Shown piece by piece: positions 59,091 to 64,000 of a DNA stretch of 64,000 nucleotides (position 1 is its first letter; every line of letters begins with the position of its first letter). The stretch is from an uncultured bacterium (GTDB lineage: Bacteria > Acidobacteriota > Thermoanaerobaculia > Multivoradales > JAHZIX01), in contig CBDUPA010000006.1 of the NCBI GenBank assembly GCA_965368975.1, positions 32,001 to 96,000 of the forward strand, written 5' to 3'. The notes under the pieces are model-generated. The model made no database searches and was not told the origin of the DNA. It was given only the letters and a program-made list of their open reading frames with translations. Both the position numbers and the translations under genes were made by a program.

Positions 59091-60665
59091 TCAAATTCCA
59101 GAAGGAGTATTTTCTTGACTCGGTGGTTCCTGACTTCTTGACTCTTGTCCCGCTGCCGGCAATTCCTCCCTGCCGACCGCGAACACGTGATGGCGGCCGC
59201 GTACGTACAGGGTTCCCTCAGAGAGCGCGGGTGTCGCCATCAGAACCTCGCCCATCGGGTTGGTGGCGATCTGCTCGAATTCCGGTCCCGTCTTGATGAC
59301 GAAGACGTCGCCGTCTTCGCTCGCCAGGTAGAGTCTCCCGTCGGCTGCGACCGGTGAGGCGCTGAAGCCGCCGCCGCGGTGGTGCAGGCGCTCGCGGTAG
59401 TACCGCTCGCCGGTGCGCAGGTCGTAGCAGTCGAGGATGCCCTGGTTGAGGATCGAGTACAGGTAGTCGCCATAGATCAACGGTGTCGGCATGTAGGGTC
59501 CGTCGCCGCTGCGGCTCCACAGCACGTTCTCGCTAGAGGTTTGTCCTTCGGCCAGGGTGATATCGCCGCGTGGCCCCGGGCGCAAAGCGAAGATCGGCTT
59601 CTCGGGACGTCGACCGCTGGCCACGATCAGGATGTCGTCCTGAAACACGGGTGTCGGTGCCGTGATCTGGGAGCTGCCACCGAGTCGCCATAGTTCTTTG
59701 CCGGTGTACGGGTCGTAGCCCTGGATGAAGTTGGAGGCGTTGGTCACCAGTTCGGGGGTCTTGCCGTCGGCTCCGCCGTGCGGGTACACGGTGGGCGTAC
59801 CCCAGGACGGCAGCTCGTCGCGCTCGGTACGCCAGACGGTCTTGCCGGTGTCGAGGTCGAGCGCGATCAGGAAATCCTCGTCGGTGATGGTGTCAGCCTG
59901 CACGATCGCCATGCCGTCAAAGATGATCGGCGAACTGGCCATACCCCACTCGTAGTCCGGGGCGTTGTAGGCGGCCGAGATCAGCACGCCCAAGTCGCGG
60001 CTCCACTTGGGCTCGCCGTCGACGGTGAAGGCGTGGACGCCCTGGGAGGCGAAGAAGGCGACCACGGTCTCGCCATCGGTCACCGGGCTGGAGTTGGCGT
60101 AGGTGGCCTTGATGTGGCGGCCGGCCTTCGGCACGCCCTCGTACGCCGTGCGCTGCCACAAAATCTCGCCGCTGTGCTTGTCCAGCGCGTAGAGCACGAA
60201 GCGGTGCAAGGCGTCGCGATCAGAGGCGGTGGTGCCGTCACCGTAGAGGCCGGGCTTGAACTGCGGATCTTCGTCGCGCGCGTTGACCGCGCTGGTGACG
60301 AACAGGCGGTCGCCCCAGATCACTGGACTGGCGTGCGACAATCCGGGAATGGACTGTTTCCAGCGCAAGTGCGTGCCGTCCTCGGCGGACCAATGATCCG
60401 GCAGGTGCTGGCCATCGACGACCCCGGATGCGTCCGGGCCGCGGAAGCTCGGCCAGTGGACGGTGCGGGGCGGTGCCGTCTGTGCCGCTGGTGCCGCCGG
60501 TGCTGCCGCAGGGCTACCGACTGGTGTCGCATCGTTCTGCGGCGCGCCGTTCTGTGTTGCGCCGTCCTGTGTCGCGGCGTTCTGTGCTGCCGTCAGGGGC
60601 AGTGCGATCAAGCCGCAGACCAGTAGTGCACTGGAGAGGGCATTTGCAAGCTTAGTTACAGTCAT
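59091..60665 (-). CDS. Secreted PQQ-like (BamB-type) beta-propeller protein
   Basis: GGAGG RBS, signal peptide, WPSFRGP, repeated SP...G...ALD..TG...W blades. Confidence 0.9.
   Translation of the reverse strand: MTVTKLANALSSALLVCGLIALPLTAAQNAATQDGATQNGAPQNDATPVGSPAAAPAAPAAQTAPPRTVHWPSFRGPDASGVVDGQHLPDHWSAEDGTHLRWKQSIPGLSHASPVIWGDRLFVTSAVNARDEDPQFKPGLYGDGTTASDRDALHRFVLYALDKHSGEILWQRTAYEGVPKAGRHIKATYANSSPVTDGETVVAFFASQGVHAFTVDGEPKWSRDLGVLISAAYNAPDYEWGMASSPIIFDGMAIVQADTITDEDFLIALDLDTGKTVWRTERDELPSWGTPTVYPHGGADGKTPELVTNASNFIQGYDPYTGKELWRLGGSSQITAPTPVFQDDILIVASGRRPEKPIFALRPGPRGDITLAEGQTSSENVLWSRSGDGPYMPTPLIYGDYLYSILNQGILDCYDLRTGERYYRERLHHRGGGFSASPVAADGRLYLASEDGDVFVIKTGPEFEQIATNPMGEVLMATPALSEGTLYVRGRHHVFAVGREELPAAGQESRSQEPPSQENTPSGI
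60533..60590. repeat. In-frame 15-bp tandem repeat x4 ([20 protein letters not shown])
   Basis: cgttctgcggcgcgc cgttctgtgttgcgc cgtcctgtgtcgcgg cgttctgtgctgc. Confidence 0.8.
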
Positions 60666-60825
60666 TCTGAGGTCCTCCTGTGTCCTCAGCATACAGCACG
60701 CGCCGAGGCCATCTTCCCCTAGAATGAGGAGACGGTTTGTTGCTGGATGTGCTGGTCTAGCTGGTTGTTCGGGTCCGAAGGTTTGCCCTCATCGTAGAGA
60801 GCTATCGCGTAGGGAGCGCTGATTC

Positions 60826-63800
60826 ATGAGTATGCGAGGTCGCGGTGACTTCGGCGGCATGTCCGCCGAGGATCGCGAGTTGTTCGAGCTGCTGCTGGCC
60901 GAGGAAGGCCTGGAGCTGGAGGAGGAACCGGCCGCGCAGGCGATCCAGCCGCGCGAGGATGTCGAGGAACGGCCGCTGTCGTTCGCGCAGCAGCGCTTGT
61001 GGTTGCTCGACCAGCTGGAGCCCGGCAATCCTGCCTACAACATGCCCTTCGTGCTGCGCTTGCAAGGGGAGCTGCAGCCGCGGATCTGGCAAAGCAGCCT
61101 GGACGCGCTGCAGCGACGGCACGAAGCCCTGCGCACGACGTTCAGCCGCCGCCAGGATGCCAATTCTAGCGATGACGACTCGCCTCGGCAGCTGGTCACC
61201 GAGCCGGCGCGCGCGGCGCGTTCGTTGCCGGTAGTGGACCTACAGAGACTGCCGCGGGATCAGGTGCAAGCGGTGGCCGAAGCTCTGGTGCGCCGCGACG
61301 TGCTGGGGTCGTTCGACCTGGCGCGCGGACCGCTGTTTCGCTACTGCCTGCTGCGCCAGGCGCCGGGCGATCACATCTTTCTGCTCAACATGCACCACAT
61401 CGTCTCGGACGGCTGGTCGATGGGTGTGCTCGTGCGTGAAACGGTGGCGCTCTACGAGGCGTTCCTAGCAGGTCGGCCGTCACCCTTGCCACCGCTGGAC
61501 ATTCAGTACACGGACTTCGCCGTCTGGCAACGTCGCTGGGCGGCCGAAGGCGGGTTGGACGCGCAGCTCGACTACTGGCGCCAGCAGCTGTCCGCGGGCG
61601 ACGGCATCGACGCGGTGCTGGAATTGCCCGGCGACTATCCGCGGCCATCGCAGGCCAGCTTCCTTGGAGCGAGTGCCGGCGTGCTGCTGGGCCCTGCAGT
61701 TCTGGACGCCGCCAAGGCGCTGGTGGATCGGGCCGGCGGCACGCTGTTCATGCTGCTGCTGGCAGCCTTCGGTTCGTTCCTCGGACGGCTGACGGGGCGC
61801 CACGACGTGCGCATCGGTTCGCCGATCGCCAATCGCAATCGCAGCGAGCTGGAAGCGCTGATTGGCTTCTTCGTCAACACGCTGGTGTTCCGTGTCGACC
61901 TGAAAGCTCCAGATGACGGGCCAGCGTCCTTCGAGCACCTCTTGCGCCAGGTGCGCGACACGACCCTGGCCGCCTACGAGCACCAGGATCTACCCTTCGA
62001 GCGGCTGGTCGAAGAGCTGCGCCCGCAGCGTCACTTGGGGCACGCACCCCTGTTCCAGGTCATGCTGGTGCTGCAGAATCAGCCCACGGGGGCGGTCGAG
62101 TTGCCCGGCTTGCAGCTGGCACCGGTGTCGATTCCGGACGAAGCCACCAAATTCGACCTCACCGTCTACGCCACGGAGAGGAGCGGTCACCTGCTGCTGC
62201 AGACGCGCTTCCGGCGCCAGCTCTTCGAGCCGGTGACGGTACAGCGCTGGCTGCGCGGCCTGCAGCGACTGCTGAGTGTCGCGGTGCAGAATCCACAAAA
62301 GCCGGTCGAGGCGCTGCCCTGGTTCACCGTCGCCGAGATGCACCAAGTGACGCGAGAGTGGAGCCTGTCTATTCCGTCCACTGCCGCCAGGGCAAACGTG
62401 GAGGCACCGGACCTCCTGCAGCTCTTCGAAGCACAGGCGGCGCGACGCCCGGCGGTACTGGCGTTGACCTCCGGCGACAGGCAGTGGAGTTACGCTGGCC
62501 TCGACGCCGAGGCATCGGCGCTGGCGCACTGGTTGCGTGGCGACGATGCTGGCTCCGGTTCCAGCTCAGCACCGTCTTGGGTCGTGTTGCTGTTGCCGCG
62601 CTCGGCATGGACGGTGCTGGCGCAGCTGGCCGCTTGGAAAGCCGGAAGTGCCTGCGTGCCACTCGATGTCGACCAACCGCCGGCGCGTCTGCAGCGTGTG
62701 CTGGAGGCACTGGTTGCTGAAGCTCCAGCGGAGTCAGGGTCGGTACTGCGTGTGCTCACCTGGAGCGGCCTGCCCGACGCAATCCGTGAGAGCGTGCGTG
62801 CGACTCTGGGAGAGCGCCCTGATGTCGCGATGCTGGACCTGGATCGCCAGCGGGCGCGCTGGACGTCGAGCCCACCGTTGACCAGCTCCGCCCCCGCGAG
62901 TCTCAGCGAGGTGCCGGACGCGGCGCAGCTCGCCTACGTCCTGTTCACCTCCGGTTCCACCGGCGTGCCCAAGGGCGTGGCGGTCAGCCGGGGTGCCGTG
63001 GCAGCGTACACGGCGGCGATCCTCGAACGACTGGATCTTGCTGTCAATGAACCCATCGACGCGACCGTCGTCTCGACACCAGCCGCCGACCTCGGCAACA
63101 CCGCCATCTTCGCCGCCCTGGCCAGCGGAGGCACGCTGCAGATCCTGACGCGATCGCAGGTGCTGGACCCGCGGCTGGCCGCCGAGGCGCTGGCGCGTCG
63201 AAGTACCGACCTGCTGAAGATCGTCCCCAGCCACCTGGAAGCGCTACTCGCCGCTGATGGTGATACCGCCGAGGGCGATACTTCCGATGGCGATACCGCC
63301 CTGCTGCCGCGCCGCTTCCTGGTGCTGGGGGGCGAGGCGCTGGCGTGGACACTGGTGGACCGCGTCCGGAAGCTGGCGCGGCGGTCGTCGAGACGGCTCG
63401 CTGTACTCAATCACTACGGTCCGACCGAAGCGACGGTCGGCGCGCTGGCCTGGAACCTCGGTGCGGTACCTGTCCAGGAGCCGATCCAGGAGCCGATTCA
63501 GGAGTTCAGCCTCGAGCGCGCGGGTTGCCGCAGCGTACCGGTGGGGCGCCCGTTGCTCGGCTACCGCGCGCATGTCGTGGGTCGCGAGGGAGATGTATCT
63601 CCGGCGCTGGTGCCCGGTGAGCTGTGGCTGGGTGGCCGCGCGCTGGCTCGGGGCTACCTGGCCGACCCGGCACGCACGGCTGAAGTCTTTATCCCCGATG
63701 GCCTGACCCCCCAGATAACCCCGTCCGCGCTGGCCTCGCCCGGTGACCGTCTCTACCGTACCGGGGACCTGGTGCGACGCCGGCACGACGGCAAGGTCGA

Positions 63801-64000
63801 ATTCCTGGGCCGCATCGATCAGCAGCTGAAGGTGCGCGGCTATCGCGTCGAACTGGGGGAGGTCGAAGCCGCGCTGCGTACGTTGCCGGGGGTGCGCGAA
63901 GCGGCTGTGGTCCTGCGTGCGGAGAGTTCAGGTGCTGGCGAACTCGTCGCCTTCGTCGTGCCCGAGGCTGGCTTCGAGTCCGCCCGAGCGCGGGCCGCGC
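60826..64000 (+). CDS. NRPS, 3'-truncated by the window: C-A(Asp-like)...
   Basis: Not in the ORF track because it has no stop in the window. GGGAG RBS, ATG 60826; LSFAQQRLW, HHIVSDGWS, IGFFVNTL, YVLFTSGSTGVPKG, NHYGPTE, LYRTGD, KVRGYRVELGEVE. Confidence 0.96.
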   Translation, partial: MSMRGRGDFGGMSAEDRELFELLLAEEGLELEEEPAAQAIQPREDVEERPLSFAQQRLWLLDQLEPGNPAYNMPFVLRLQGELQPRIWQSSLDALQRRHEALRTTFSRRQDANSSDDDSPRQLVTEPARAARSLPVVDLQRLPRDQVQAVAEALVRRDVLGSFDLARGPLFRYCLLRQAPGDHIFLLNMHHIVSDGWSMGVLVRETVALYEAFLAGRPSPLPPLDIQYTDFAVWQRRWAAEGGLDAQLDYWRQQLSAGDGIDAVLELPGDYPRPSQASFLGASAGVLLGPAVLDAAKALVDRAGGTLFMLLLAAFGSFLGRLTGRHDVRIGSPIANRNRSELEALIGFFVNTLVFRVDLKAPDDGPASFEHLLRQVRDTTLAAYEHQDLPFERLVEELRPQRHLGHAPLFQVMLVLQNQPTGAVELPGLQLAPVSIPDEATKFDLTVYATERSGHLLLQTRFRRQLFEPVTVQRWLRGLQRLLSVAVQNPQKPVEALPWFTVAEMHQVTREWSLSIPSTAARANVEAPDLLQLFEAQAARRPAVLALTSGDRQWSYAGLDAEASALAHWLRGDDAGSGSSSAPSWVVLLLPRSAWTVLAQLAAWKAGSACVPLDVDQPPARLQRVLEALVAEAPAESGSVLRVLTWSGLPDAIRESVRATLGERPDVAMLDLDRQRARWTSSPPLTSSAPASLSEVPDAAQLAYVLFTSGSTGVPKGVAVSRGAVAAYTAAILERLDLAVNEPIDATVVSTPAADLGNTAIFAALASGGTLQILTRSQVLDPRLAAEALARRSTDLLKIVPSHLEALLAADGDTAEGDTSDGDTALLPRRFLVLGGEALAWTLVDRVRKLARRSSRRLAVLNHYGPTEATVGALAWNLGAVPVQEPIQEPIQEFSLERAGCRSVPVGRPLLGYRAHVVGREGDVSPALVPGELWLGGRALARGYLADPARTAEVFIPDGLTPQITPSALASPGDRLYRTGDLVRRRHDGKVEFLGRIDQQLKVRGYRVELGEVEAALRTLPGVREAAVVLRAESSGAGELVAFVVPEAGFESARARAA
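63253..63300 (+). repeat. In-frame 15-bp tandem repeat x3 (ADGDT/AEGDT/SDGDT) in an A domain
   Basis: gctgatggtgatacc gccgagggcgatact tccgatggcgatacc. Confidence 0.85.
63472..63504 (+). repeat. In-frame 12-bp tandem repeat (VQEP/IQEP/IQE)
   Basis: gtccaggagccg atccaggagccg attcaggag. Confidence 0.85.

Overview
High-GC bacterial chromosome segment, probably Acidobacteriota (inferred from the ADOP-type permease and the gene complement). Both ends are NRPS loci. Bases 1-16279 hold the last two genes of an assembly line (N-methyltransferase-containing module through to a TE). A new C-A NRPS starts at 60826 and runs off the window; it is missing from the ORF track. Directly after the TE gene lies selD, which the ORF track truncates: it reads through an in-frame UGA (selenocysteine, 16381) followed by a SECIS-like hairpin. 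Nearby are an amino acid dehydrogenase and an HpgT-like transaminase paired with a single-domain HPPD/HmaS-like VOC protein. The middle contains FadL plus a GDSL lipase, a sigma-54-controlled HlyD/ABC/NtrC/kinase operon, an ADOP permease with a decayed copy, ftsEX, gatB, tRNA-Gln(CUG), a GGDEF cyclase, a PIG-L deacetylase, glgA behind a toxin-antitoxin-like nucleotidyltransferase pair, and tandem ATP-grasp genes. Two window-wide patterns stand out: recurrent in-frame 15-bp (and 12-bp) tandem duplications, and -10 boxes 6-10 nt upstream of start codons (leaderless or near-leaderless genes). All family calls come from motif recognition by eye; no database searches were run.
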